Shown: positions 1-7,848, counted from the whole stretch's first letter. The stretch is DNA of 33,473 bases, filler included, from an uncultured virus (IMG/VR IMGVR_UViG_2049941000_000069) (7 parts of one record of this genome joined end to end with filler, not necessarily neighbours in it), one strand, 5' to 3'. Numbers and translations: made by a program. The notes: generated by a model not told the origin, from the letters alone.

Positions 1-314
1 GTTCGTCACCATACTTCTAAGCGTCTCGTTCTCTTTCTTGGTCTTCAGCAACTCCTTGACTGTCTCTCCTTGCTCTTTCCACACGATTGCTGCAGTCAAG
101 AAATTGCGAATCGTCTCGGCGTCGACAGCCCCGAGCTCTTCGAGACCGACGTGGTACATAAAGCCTTCGAGCAGTGCGGCTTTGCCGTAGTACATGTACT
201 CTTCTNNNNNNNNNNNNNNNNNNNNNNNNNNNNNNNNNNNNNNNNNNNNNNNNNTCCGAACTTCAGCACATAGCCGTTCGGCACTGGATATACATTGATT
301 TCTTTCTTTTCCAT
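1..314 (-). CDS. Hypothetical phage protein, spans an N gap and runs off the window edge
   Basis: Starts MEKKEINVYPVPNGYVLKFG. After the gap an open frame reads EEYMYYGKAALLEGFMYHVGLEELG...RSMVTN to base 1; the ORF-track frame after the gap is likely wrong. Confidence 0.7.
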
Positions 315-332
315 ATTGTTCCGTTTATGATA

Positions 333-467
333 TTAATACTCTATTTTGTCCAAGAACTCGTCGTCATCGTCGTCCTCGTTGCACAAGTCGCAGATGAAGT
401 GGTGGAACTTGTCACACCACCTGCATCCGTCGTCGTTTCTGTAGTGTTCACACTTGAAGTCTATCAT
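333..467 (-). CDS. Small Cys/His-rich acidic protein (44 aa)
   Basis: Manual translation MIDFKCEHYRNDDGCRWCDKFHHFICDLCNEDDDDDEFLDKIEY*, with CxxC motifs; fills the space between neighbouring genes. Confidence 0.6.
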   Translation of the reverse strand: MIDFKCEHYRNDDGCRWCDKFHHFICDLCNEDDDDDEFLDKIEY

Positions 468-482
468 ACCAAAGAATCTTTG

Positions 483-748
483 TCATTCTGCAGCATCGTT
501 CAGATAAGACACCAAGTCGTCACAGTCAAGATAGTCGATTAGCCCGTCGATTGAGACGTATGCGCTGTCCAGATTATCAACAGCTTGCTCTGTCATCTCA
601 TAGCGTTCAGAGCCCTGCAAGTTCTCTGGCATGTTGTCGAGCTTGTCCTGCTCTGCATCTCTCAGCTCGTCAATCTCGTCTCTGTACAACTCAAGCTTCT
701 CTCTTGCGTCAGCGATGACGTTCTCGATACCATNNNNNNNNNNCTCAT
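483..748 (-). CDS. Acidic coiled-coil phage hypothetical protein
   Basis: The frame extends upstream of 689 (GIENVIADAREKLELYRDEIDELRDAEQDKLDNMPENLQGSER) into the 10-N gap. An ATG at 748 overlaps the upstream stop (ATGA). Confidence 0.7.
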
Positions 749-921
749 CGTCTACGAACTCTAATCTTGAAGGTGGCTCCGTTGTTTGCAGGTGGTCGTC
801 CTTCTATACGTGGATAGCGCGCAGTGTCAGGCCTCGACACCCTCGTAGCGTCGTTCTTGTGCTTGAGTTCAACGTATTTCTTAATCCTTATCTTCCCTCT
901 CCTACGCTTTTTCCTTGCCAT
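745..921 (-). CDS. Small highly basic protein (58 aa)
   Basis: Manual translation MARKKRRRGKIRIKKYVELKHKNDATRVSRPDTARYPRIEGRPPANNGATFKIRVRRR*; overlaps both neighbours in a coupled fashion. Confidence 0.55.
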   Translation of the reverse strand: MARKKRRRGKIRIKKYVELKHKNDATRVSRPDTARYPRIEGRPPANNGATFKIRVRRR

Positions 922-1021
922 AGATGATGTTCAAAACTTTACTGTACTGTTCTCTTGTTATTGTTGCTCGTCCGTGCTCTTTTCCTGCGATGTACACGAA
1001 CCCAATCTTGTCTTCGTTCAT
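902..1021 (-). CDS. Small hypothetical protein (39 aa)
   Basis: MNEDKIGFVYIAGKEHGRATITREQYSKVLNIIYGKEKA*; the ATG directly follows the tRNA-like element. Confidence 0.5.
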   Translation of the reverse strand: MNEDKIGFVYIAGKEHGRATITREQYSKVLNIIYGKEKA

Positions 1022-1023
1022 AG

Positions 1024-1102
1024 AAGGGATGACGTGACTTGAACACGCGACCACCACAGAAGACTGCGTTCTGTGCGCTCTGACCAACTGAGCTACATCC
1101 CC
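1024..1102 (-). tRNA. tRNA-like gene with expanded anticodon arm (identity undetermined)
   Basis: GGGGATG TA GCTC AGTTGGTCA GAGC G CACAG AACGCAGTCTT CTGTG GTGGTC GCGTG TTCAAGT CACGT CATCCCT T. Acceptor, D and T arms are canonical; the anticodon loop is 11 nt; no encoded CCA. Confidence 0.8.
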
Positions 1103-1109
1103 ATAAAAA

Positions 1110-1199
1110 TAGGCTACCGACCCTCTCGGGCACTCACCTAAAAAAGTATCAATCTAAAACACTTATCATTATGAAAAACAATATTAACATGAACCTTTG
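1110..1199 (-). ncRNA. Candidate antisense sRNA (U-rich seed plus GNRA-capped hairpin) between two tRNA-like genes
   Basis: The minus strand reads TTTTTCATAATGATAAGTGTTTTAGATTGATACT, then hairpin TAGGT-GAGTG-CCC GAGA GGG-TCGGTA-GCCTA and a T-run. The seed is complementary to early-gene start regions. Confidence 0.5.
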
Positions 1200-1269
1200 T
1201 TGCGGCTGCAGTAGTCGAAACTGCGGAGTCTTGCTTATGAGACAAGATTGAATACCGATTCTCACCGCG
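1200..1269 (-). tRNA. Atypical tRNA with CAT anticodon (Met-like), shortened D arm
   Basis: CGCGGTG A GAAT CGGT ATTC AA TCTTGT CTCATAA GCAAGA CTCC GCAGT TTCGACT ACTGC AGCCGCA A. Canonical anticodon loop and T arm; C1:A72 mismatch. Confidence 0.7.
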
Positions 1270-1278
1270 ATTTTAAAA

Positions 1279-1310
1279 CAGCCTACCGACTTGTCGCAAG
1301 CACTCAGCTG
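1279..1310 (-). ncRNA. Second copy of the conserved internal-loop hairpin preceding a tRNA-like gene
   Basis: CAGCT-GAGTG-CTTGCGACAAG-TCGGTA-GGCTG then TTTT. Same internal loop as 1110-1140 with compensatory stem changes. Confidence 0.6.
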
Positions 1311-1398
1311 AAAGAGATTACAGTTTTATTCTAATCGACTTTTTATAGATATTTNNNNNNNNNNNNNNNNNNNNNNNNNNNNNNNNNNNNNNNNNNNN

Positions 1399-1410
1399 TT
1401 AATTAATTAA
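1399..1410. other. Artificial contig linker TTAATTAATTAA (also at 3664-3675, 5054-5065, 8672-8683, 32412-32423, 33225-33236)
   Basis: Identical 12-mer with stops in all six frames, centred in long N runs six times. Confidence 0.97.
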
Positions 1411-1454
1411 NNNNNNNNNNNNNNNNNNNNNNNNNNNNNNNNNNNNNNNNNNNN

Positions 1455-1636
1455 TTATCCAATCCATACTCGTTCATTAGGTCTGCAATCTCACAAGCAA
1501 TCTTGTCTGATGCGGTACTGATGTCGCAGCGGTAGTGGTCGATGTTGTCAAGAGCCACCTGCTCTTCAGCGTCACTCCATCCATGATTATCTCTGACGTA
1601 CTGGAGCGCTTTCTCGAAATGCTTTTTGTCTTTCAT
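1455..1636 (-). CDS. Acidic hypothetical protein, 3'-truncated by contig end
   Basis: ORF MKDKKHFEKALQYVRDNHGWSDAEEQ..., abutting the upstream gene. Confidence 0.75.
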
Positions 1637-1637
1637 A

Positions 1638-1976
1638 TTACTTCTTCTTTGGTTCTTTGTAGTAGCAAGTTACCTTATATCCGCTCTGAGCCATCGGCTT
1701 TACCAACTGCCTAGCTTCCTTGTAGTAGACGTTGAGCTTGACGCTGACGACGTCTTCCCCGAGCAGCGTCTTGTACTCTTTCATAATGTTCTTGATGTGC
1801 TGCGAGTCGTTGAGGAAGTTCCACAGCTGAACCATCTTTGTACCGTCCTCGCGCTGATAGTGATAGCAGAATGCGCAGAGGCAGTTTGCCCAATGGATTT
1901 TGACGTTGCATATACGACCGTCATGGTTCTTTACCTTAACTATACCGTAAGTTATTAAATAGTTTACCCTTAACAT
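1638..1976 (-). CDS. Hypothetical protein (112 aa); homologous copy at 33281-33473
   Basis: Complete ORF; protein-level conservation with the second copy (VVSVKLNVYYKEARQLVKPMA). Confidence 0.85.
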   Translation of the reverse strand: MLRVNYLITYGIVKVKNHDGRICNVKIHWANCLCAFCYHYQREDGTKMVQLWNFLNDSQHIKNIMKEYKTLLGEDVVSVKLNVYYKEARQLVKPMAQSGYKVTCYYKEPKKK

Positions 1977-1988
1977 AATTATAATGCT

Positions 1989-2354
1989 TTAAAGTGAATC
2001 AAATTCTTGTTCCATGTAGTTGTTGTCTCTGTCCATCCAACCATGAGTGAACATGATTGTCATGTTGTAGTCGCATACCTTGTCAGCCTCAATCTTCGCA
2101 ATAACGAGAGGATAACCAAGACCTTTGCAGCGTTCGATGCAGCGTGCTTTGTTTCCGCTCTCAGTGCCCATCTCACGAATTGCAATGTAGTAAGGTTCTT
2201 TGATACCAGTCCATGACTTGTCGTGAAGGTCTGACAATGAGTGAATCATATCAGAAGTAACGAGTCTGTAACCGCACACCGCAGACACTCCGAGAGCTGC
2301 CTGCATAAGAATCTCGCTGATTTGCGAGAAGTGAATCTGATTGTAAGTTTTCAT
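1989..2354 (-). CDS. Hypothetical protein (121 aa)
   Basis: Has its own ATG (MKTYNQIHFSQ) with an A-rich leader directly after a TAG at 2356-2358. The fusion to the recombinase in the ORF track is a gap artefact. Confidence 0.75.
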   Translation of the reverse strand: MKTYNQIHFSQISEILMQAALGVSAVCGYRLVTSDMIHSLSDLHDKSWTGIKEPYYIAIREMGTESGNKARCIERCKGLGYPLVIAKIEADKVCDYNMTIMFTHGWMDRDNNYMEQEFDSL

Positions 2355-2355
2355 A

Positions 2356-3305
2356 CTATACGTTTTTAAATTCGTTTGGTGTAAACTCGTCGTCATCGGT
2401 GTCTCGTTCGCTGATGCAGATTTGCTCGTAGCCTTTAATGAAGTCATCGAGAGTAACCGAATCGTCGTTGATTGCTCGCTCNNNNNNNNNNTCTTCTTGA
2501 ACTGCTGCAGGTGGGCACGCAGACGACGGGCAAGCAATGGGCTGTCAAATTGCCACTTAGAAAAGACACTGTTGTCGATGTCGTGGAAATCTTTCATGAC
2601 TTCGACAAGTTTCTCGAGCTTGCCGCAACGAAGTCGCAAGCCTAATTTCCACTCCCACTTCGTGAAGTCTTCGTCCTCGCAGTACTCTGGAAACGCTTTC
2701 TTCAGCGCCTTCAAGAACATCTGCGCTTCCTTCGACTCCATGTGCCTCTTGTTTTTCATTTTCCCTCTTTCCATATTCTCTTTATCTATAAGTTCTTTAC
2801 TCTTCTTTGATTTGTTGTATTTGTAGATGTCAGACGCAGCGCCCATCTTAATGCCCTGTTTCTTCTTCACTTCAAGCGCAGAGCGTGTTCGGCTGCTTAT
2901 AAGCTCTTTCTCCAACTGAGCGGCGAACGAGAAGTTCTGAAGAATAAGCTCGTCCAACGCAGTGATGTGGTCGCACCGCAAGTCTAATCCCATGCTTACC
3001 ACAACAAGACGAATCTTGCGTGGCTTAAGCTCCTCGTTGATAAGCTTGCTGAGGTCAAACATCGAACGTCCGAGACGCGAAATCTCTGATACGATGAGCA
3101 TGTCGCCAGCAATCATAATCGGAAGCAGCTCCTTGCCGAGCTTGCGTTCCTTGTACGACACACCGCCACTGATTCCCTCGTCGCTCACAACGTCTGTGAC
3201 TGACATATTGTTTCTGCCAAGCCACTCGTACACAGTCCTCTCCTGTTGAGCGAGGGACTGCTGGTCTGTACTGACGCGGCTGTAAAGATAAACCCTATTG
3301 TTCAT
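2356..3305 (-). CDS. Serine recombinase (resolvase/invertase family) with extended C-terminus
   Basis: YLYSRVSTDQQ catalytic Ser motif, DEGISG, GDMLIVSEISRLGRS, AQLEKELISSRTRSAL...GIKMG. The C-terminal end is uncertain because of the N gap at 2482-2491; an acidic frame ends at TAG 2356. Confidence 0.9.
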
Positions 3306-3307
3306 AC

Positions 3308-3556
3308 TCAGTCCTCAACAAGATAACCGTTCTCCACATACCACTTGACGTAGTTGTCAATCTCGCTCTCCCTGTCGGCTGATATTCTGACTCCGACCAA
3401 GCAGCTGTCCTTGAAATAGGACATAGCGTAGAGTGTTGACTGACCATAGATGTCATACTCGGTCGCACAGACGATATGGCTTATGTCTCTGCTGATGGAG
3501 TCGTCAGACAATCCGTTCTTGCGACCTTTCTCTGTAATGATAAATCTCTTTTCCAT
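3308..3556 (-). CDS. Hypothetical protein (82 aa)
   Basis: ATG at 3556 (MEKRFIITEKG) lies downstream of a promoter; the ORF-track TTG start lies inside the promoter. Confidence 0.8.
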   Translation of the reverse strand: MEKRFIITEKGRKNGLSDDSISRDISHIVCATEYDIYGQSTLYAMSYFKDSCLVGVRISADRESEIDNYVKWYVENGYLVED

Positions 3557-3580
3557 AATCCAATGTTTTAAATTGCGTTG

Positions 3581-3612
3581 CAAAGTTAAGAATTAAATTT
3601 GGTATAACAATA
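3581..3612 (-). promoter_or_regulatory. Bacteroidota housekeeping-sigma promoter
   Basis: TAACTTTG (TAnnTTTG -7 box) at 3581-3588 with an upstream TTG. Confidence 0.75.
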
Positions 3613-3719
3613 AGTTCTTNNNNNNNNNNNNNNNNNNNNNNNNNNNNNNNNNNNNNNNNNNNNTTAATTAATTAANNNNNNNNNNNNNNNNNNNNNNNNN
3701 NNNNNNNNNNNNNNNNNNN

Positions 3720-3956
3720 TGCGCTGTATTCTTGTGCGATTTTCTTTGCTTTGGCAGTAGTTAGAGAATCAAAATCTCCAGTCCATTCGTCAGATGAATT
3801 GTAGTCTCCGTCAACATACTCCTTGATGATAAGAGTGTCCTTACCAATGTAGTGGTACATTTTTGCAATGCGTACCAGTGTGAATCCGTCAGTAACCTCA
3901 AAGCAAGGCTCTTTGCAGCCTTCTACTTCGTAAGTTGTCTTTTTTACTGTAACCAT
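3720..3956 (-). CDS. Hypothetical protein, 3'-truncated
   Basis: ORF MVTVKKTTYEVEGCKEPCFEV... Confidence 0.75.
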
Positions 3957-3978
3957 AGTTGTGAACGTTTTTATGTTA

Positions 3979-4212
3979 TTACCAATTTCTCTCGTCGTTC
4001 ACGATGCGACCAATCTCAGCCTCAAGAGCGAGGTAGTATTCAAGACCGCCATTCAGTCCTTGCTTGCGAACCTTTCTGATTGCTCGCTCTGTCACGTTGA
4101 ACTTTCCGCAGATAGGAAACTTGTCTGACTCGTCCTCGTTGCGGAAGTGTCTGTTGATTTCTCTGATGTTCATCTCGTTGATGATTGCATCGGTAAGTTG
4201 AATCTTTGCCAT
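3979..4212 (-). CDS. Hypothetical protein (77 aa)
   Basis: Complete ORF, tightly packed with neighbours. Confidence 0.8.
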   Translation of the reverse strand: MAKIQLTDAIINEMNIREINRHFRNEDESDKFPICGKFNVTERAIRKVRKQGLNGGLEYYLALEAEIGRIVNDERNW

Positions 4213-4214
4213 AG

Positions 4215-4520
4215 TTAATACTGAATATTTTTCTCTTCAATTCTGATGTTCTCGTAATAGTCGTCGCAGAGGTTTCGGATGTAGAATCCATACTCGCTCT
4301 CGTCAATCTCATAACAGAAGTCATCCATTTCCTCTTCAGAAATCTTACCCTCAAAATATGGTAAAGCGTCTTTGTACTTTGGAGACTCGTTCAGGATGGT
4401 TTGCTCCTCGTCTCTCATAACTTGCATGGCGGTTTCCTTGCAAGCGCAAGGAGTGACGTTGAACATGAGAGCACCGTCAACCATACTTTCTTGTGTTACC
4501 AACCAAATCTTTTCAATCAT
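4215..4520 (-). CDS. Acidic hypothetical protein (101 aa)
   Basis: Complete ORF with an A-rich leader; D/E-rich. Confidence 0.8.
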   Translation of the reverse strand: MIEKIWLVTQESMVDGALMFNVTPCACKETAMQVMRDEEQTILNESPKYKDALPYFEGKISEEEMDDFCYEIDESEYGFYIRNLCDDYYENIRIEEKNIQY

Positions 4521-4559
4521 AATGTATATCGTTTTTAAAGTTAATATTCAATTCAAAAT

Positions 4560-4673
4560 GTCCGTCGGGTATCTCACGACAGCTGGCGGACTAACAATAG
4601 TATCAATCTAAAACATACGCAAATAAGTGGCTGCGACCACATCAAAAGTGCGGGCTCGAAGACCATCGCAGCC
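4560..4673 (-). ncRNA. Candidate structured RNA carrying a second copy of the antisense seed
   Basis: Multi-stem GGCTGCGAT...GTCGCAGCC, then TGTTTTAGATTGATACT (17/17 identical to 1145-1161), then a GTGA-capped hairpin closed by GTCCG/CGGAC. Confidence 0.5.
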
Positions 4674-4701
4674 GAACCGTGTAGATAGTGAACGTCTATC
4701 C
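4674..4701. repeat. 28-bp direct repeat, copy 1 (GAACCGTGTAGATAGTGAACGTCTATCC)
   Basis: Identical to 7567-7594; contains the inverted repeat GATAG-7nt-CTATC. Confidence 0.9.
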
Positions 4702-4968
4702 CTCCTCGTCCTCATCTTCCTCTTCGTCCCCGTACTCGTACTCATCCCAGTCTCTGTAGCCAAGATGCTGTGCAATGGTGTCGCGCTCGAACCAAAGGAA
4801 ATCGTTGATGCCAGTGTCATCCAAGGGTTCTTCGCCGCAAGACATCATTTCATCGATTAGACACTCGACTGCATCGCAATCACCATTCTCTCTCAAAGTG
4901 TCAAGCGTGTCCTTGCCGCCTGACCATGCCTCGAAATTATCAAGGCTCTCTTCTACTACGTACTTCAT
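4696..4968 (-). CDS. Very acidic small phage protein (90 aa)
   Basis: FEAWSGGKDTL...INDFLWFE core and a DEEEDEDEEG tail. Confidence 0.85.
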   Translation of the reverse strand: MKYVVEESLDNFEAWSGGKDTLDTLRENGDCDAVECLIDEMMSCGEEPLDDTGINDFLWFERDTIAQHLGYRDWDEYEYGDEEEDEDEEG

Positions 4969-5109
4969 AGTTTATAAATCGTATGTTTCCTGTAACCAAT
5001 TAGTAATCTNNNNNNNNNNNNNNNNNNNNNNNNNNNNNNNNNNNNNNNNNNNNTTAATTAATTAANNNNNNNNNNNNNNNNNNNNNNNNNNNNNNNNNNN
5101 NNNNNNNNN

Positions 5110-5297
5110 AAACATTCAAGCGTGCTCTCGTCAGGCTCATCCTCGCTTACCATAAGCCGACCATAGTCCGTGTGCTTGCTGCGCACGTCTGTATAGTCGA
5201 AATACTCGTTTGGATGCTTGTCTGCATACTCCATGATATCCATCGTGCCGACTGCGTATGAGTCGAGCACAATCTCCTTGCATCTGATTCGTTCCAT
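5110..5297 (-). CDS. Acidic hypothetical protein, 3'-truncated
   Basis: ORF MERIRCKEIVLDSYAVG... Confidence 0.7.
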
Positions 5298-5370
5298 AAT
5301 TTTGTCGATTGATGTCTGTCAGCGTGGCGGGCGTGTCGATTAGTGTCTGCGCCCACCTTTNNNNNNNNNN

Positions 5371-6892
5371 TCTTTGATGTCTCCACAGTGTCCTTGTTCA
5401 AGTTCATGCGCAGGAGGACGTTGCCACCCATGTAGAACAACTCATCGTCTTTGTCGTAGATGTCGTACAAGCCTTGCAGATGCTTGCGCCACAAGTCACG
5501 CTTTCCTTCGATACCACGAGACAGACACTCATCTATCTGCTCCTGCTTGACCTGCTCCATGTACTCGCGCTCCTTGCGCTCCTCTTCCTCTCTGCGGATG
5601 CGCTCAATCTCCTGAGCACGTTTGCGAGCTTCTTTGTCCGCATAGTGTTTGTTCTGTCTTGCGATGAACTCGTTGCACAAGGTCTTTTCCTCTTCCGTCA
5701 ATAGCTCGGCAACATATCCGATGTATATATCATCGTCATACTTGCTCGCTTTCTCCTTGAGCAATCCGTGCTCCTTCAGAAGCGTGATTGCCCTGCGGTT
5801 GTCCTGCACTTCCTTGCACATTGCGTAGAAGTCTGCAATCCACTGCTCCTTGTCCTCGCTCTTGCGGAATGAATCGTAGTCGAAGGATGTTCTTGTGTCG
5901 CACCAGTAGAACCCACTTATATACTCTCCGCTGCACTCGTAGACCTTTCCTGTGTCCTTGTTGACGCAGTTGTTGTGGACGTCTTTCTCGTAGCCACTCC
6001 ACCCCTTCTTCGGCTCGAATCCTACAATCCACTTGTAAGCATTGCGGAAGTTCTTATCGTACTTCTTCTTGCGCTCGCCCTCGTGCTCCTTGTGCTCCTT
6101 GTATGCAAGTGCCTTGAAATGCAACTCTACACGCTCCTTTGCACTCAACTTACGAATCTGGTCGGCTGTAAGACCTGTGCCCATACGTCCACGACTCCAA
6201 CTTTCATAAGGACTTGCAATACCAAGACGCTCACACAATACCTCGACCTTTGCACGCCTGTCAGCAGCCTTGCGGAATCGTGCACAGTAGTCCCAATATG
6301 TCTTGTATGTGCTTTCTCCGAAGAGTGCATCTGTCAGCACTTCAACGTTGCGCTCGCCAGCCTTCAGCAACTTGACAAGTTTCTTGTAGTCCTTGTTCTT
6401 AGTCCACTTGAGGTACTTTGCGATGCTTGTGTCCTTGTACAGGCTGCACAATTCTTCGATGTAACCCCATGCAGAGAAGTCCACGTTCTCCAATCCCTTC
6501 TTCTTGCCGTCCTTGATGGCTGCAAGAGAGTTGTATATATTGGTAACGTAGTAGTCTATGAGGATGCAGCGATGCTTGAACGTAAACTCACGCTCCCATC
6601 CCATAAGGTCGCATCCGTCATAGGAATACCAACCGCCACGATTGTCGTTGTATGGGAATACGTGTACATCGTCAGGAAAACACCACTTTCCCAACTTGTG
6701 CTTGCTGCTTGACGGACTTGTGCTGCCCTCAAAGACGATGCACACGTTCTTTTCAACGTCTGCCCACTGCCCGAAGACAGTGTTGTACGAATAATAGTTT
6801 CTACCCTCGTAACGTACATTTCCTGAGCTGATACGTCCGTTCTTGCCTGCCTGCTTGTTCGCAAATCTGTGCTGAATGTCTCTGTAATTCAT
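5371..6892 (-). CDS. Large phage protein of unknown function (>500 aa), 3' end lost in an N gap
   Basis: Long open frame with a charged coiled-coil segment, ending GGNVLLRMNLNKDTVETSK at the gap; the ORF-track sequence after the gap is unreliable. Confidence 0.85.
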
Positions 6893-6929
6893 AATGCTAA
6901 ATGTTTTAATTGTTAATACTATTTGTTAA

Positions 6930-7421
6930 TTAAAGATACTTTTGGTCGATGTCGTACTCGCTCACCTCGTCCTCATATTTTACTTCTCCGAGGCAGTCGT
7001 ACTTATGTCTTGTCTCAATTACATGCCACTTTCCAGTAGGTTCGTAGTCTTCCTCCACCTTCTCAAATCGTTTCTTTGTGGATATGTATGTACGATTATC
7101 TACTTTCTCTTCATTGCCACAACCGCACAATGTAATCGGGTTGCCAAGATAGTTATAGTTGCCTCCTTCGATATGCTTTGGCTGTAGGTTGTAGTGCTCC
7201 TGCAAATACGGAAGAACCAACTCAATCATCGTGCGCACGTCAATGCCAAGATTTACACGAACAGGGATGTCGTTCCGATGCCACTTGAAATCCTCTCCCT
7301 TGAAATCTGGCGTACTATAATCCTTGCGGTGAATATATGCCTGCCCGACAAAGTGACAAACTTCGNNNNNNNNNNACCACGTGCCCGCACCGCTACCAAA
7401 ATACAAACTATAATACTCCAT
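6930..7421 (-). CDS. Hypothetical protein (spans a 10-N gap; may be two genes)
   Basis: Open frame with a strong A-rich leader. Confidence 0.7.
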   Translation of the reverse strand: MEYYSLYFGSGAGTWXXXXEVCHFVGQAYIHRKDYSTPDFKGEDFKWHRNDIPVRVNLGIDVRTMIELVLPYLQEHYNLQPKHIEGGNYNYLGNPITLCGCGNEEKVDNRTYISTKKRFEKVEEDYEPTGKWHVIETRHKYDCLGEVKYEDEVSEYDIDQKYL

Positions 7422-7566
7422 TGCTTTTGATGTTTTAAATTAATACTTATTTGAATAGCTTTTGCAAACTACATTTGTGTAGCTTGTAAGCGTGTATGTG
7501 CGTACACTTGTGCCGCGCTTTTCCACAAACGTCTGACGTGTCGCAAAGCGTCGCGTCGTTGTGGAT

Positions 7567-7594
7567 GAACCGTGTAGATAGTGAACGTCTATCC
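7567..7594. repeat. 28-bp direct repeat, copy 2
   Basis: Identical to 4674-4701; abuts an assembly gap and a long hairpin (TCCACAA...TTGTGGA). Confidence 0.9.
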
Positions 7595-7604
7595 NNNNNN
7601 NNNN

Positions 7605-7844
7605 TTAAAAGAACCTTGCCAATACTTGTCCTTTTCTAAGACACACGATGCCGCTTACCTTGAAGCATCGCATAATGTCTGCGAACTCTTCGTTTTGGTA
7701 GAATGCCATGCCGTCGTTTTCGTCCGTCGGCTTAATCCACACGTTACTTCCATCCGACTCTGCCACCGTTCTTGTCGCAGCCGTGCTGCCTGCAAAGTTG
7801 TCGTTCCAGTGCTTTGCAATCTTTGTTGCTAAACTCTTTTCCAT
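7605..7844 (-). CDS. Hypothetical protein (79 aa)
   Basis: Complete ORF with an A-rich leader. Confidence 0.8.
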   Translation of the reverse strand: MEKSLATKIAKHWNDNFAGSTAATRTVAESDGSNVWIKPTDENDGMAFYQNEEFADIMRCFKVSGIVCLRKGQVLARFF

Positions 7845-7848
7845 AATG

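Noticed and set aside
1171..1251. Plus-strand 26-aa ORF with a strong A-rich leader
   Set aside because: It runs antisense through a tRNA in an all-minus-strand region, and the second copy of the same leader sequence at 4599 has no ATG.
1989..3305. 438-aa large serine integrase-like fusion
   Set aside because: The fusion crosses a placeholder N gap. A separate ATG at 2354 follows a stop at 2356, and no recombinase or zinc-ribbon domain is evident.
4629..4673. HDV-like (theta) ribozyme or third tRNA
   Set aside because: I could not build the nested double pseudoknot or a cloverleaf. No such fold was seen 3' of the two tRNA-like genes either.
5147..5360. C-terminal extension of the 581-aa ORF
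   Set aside because: It lies beyond an N gap of unknown size and overlaps a better-supported ORF starting at 5297.
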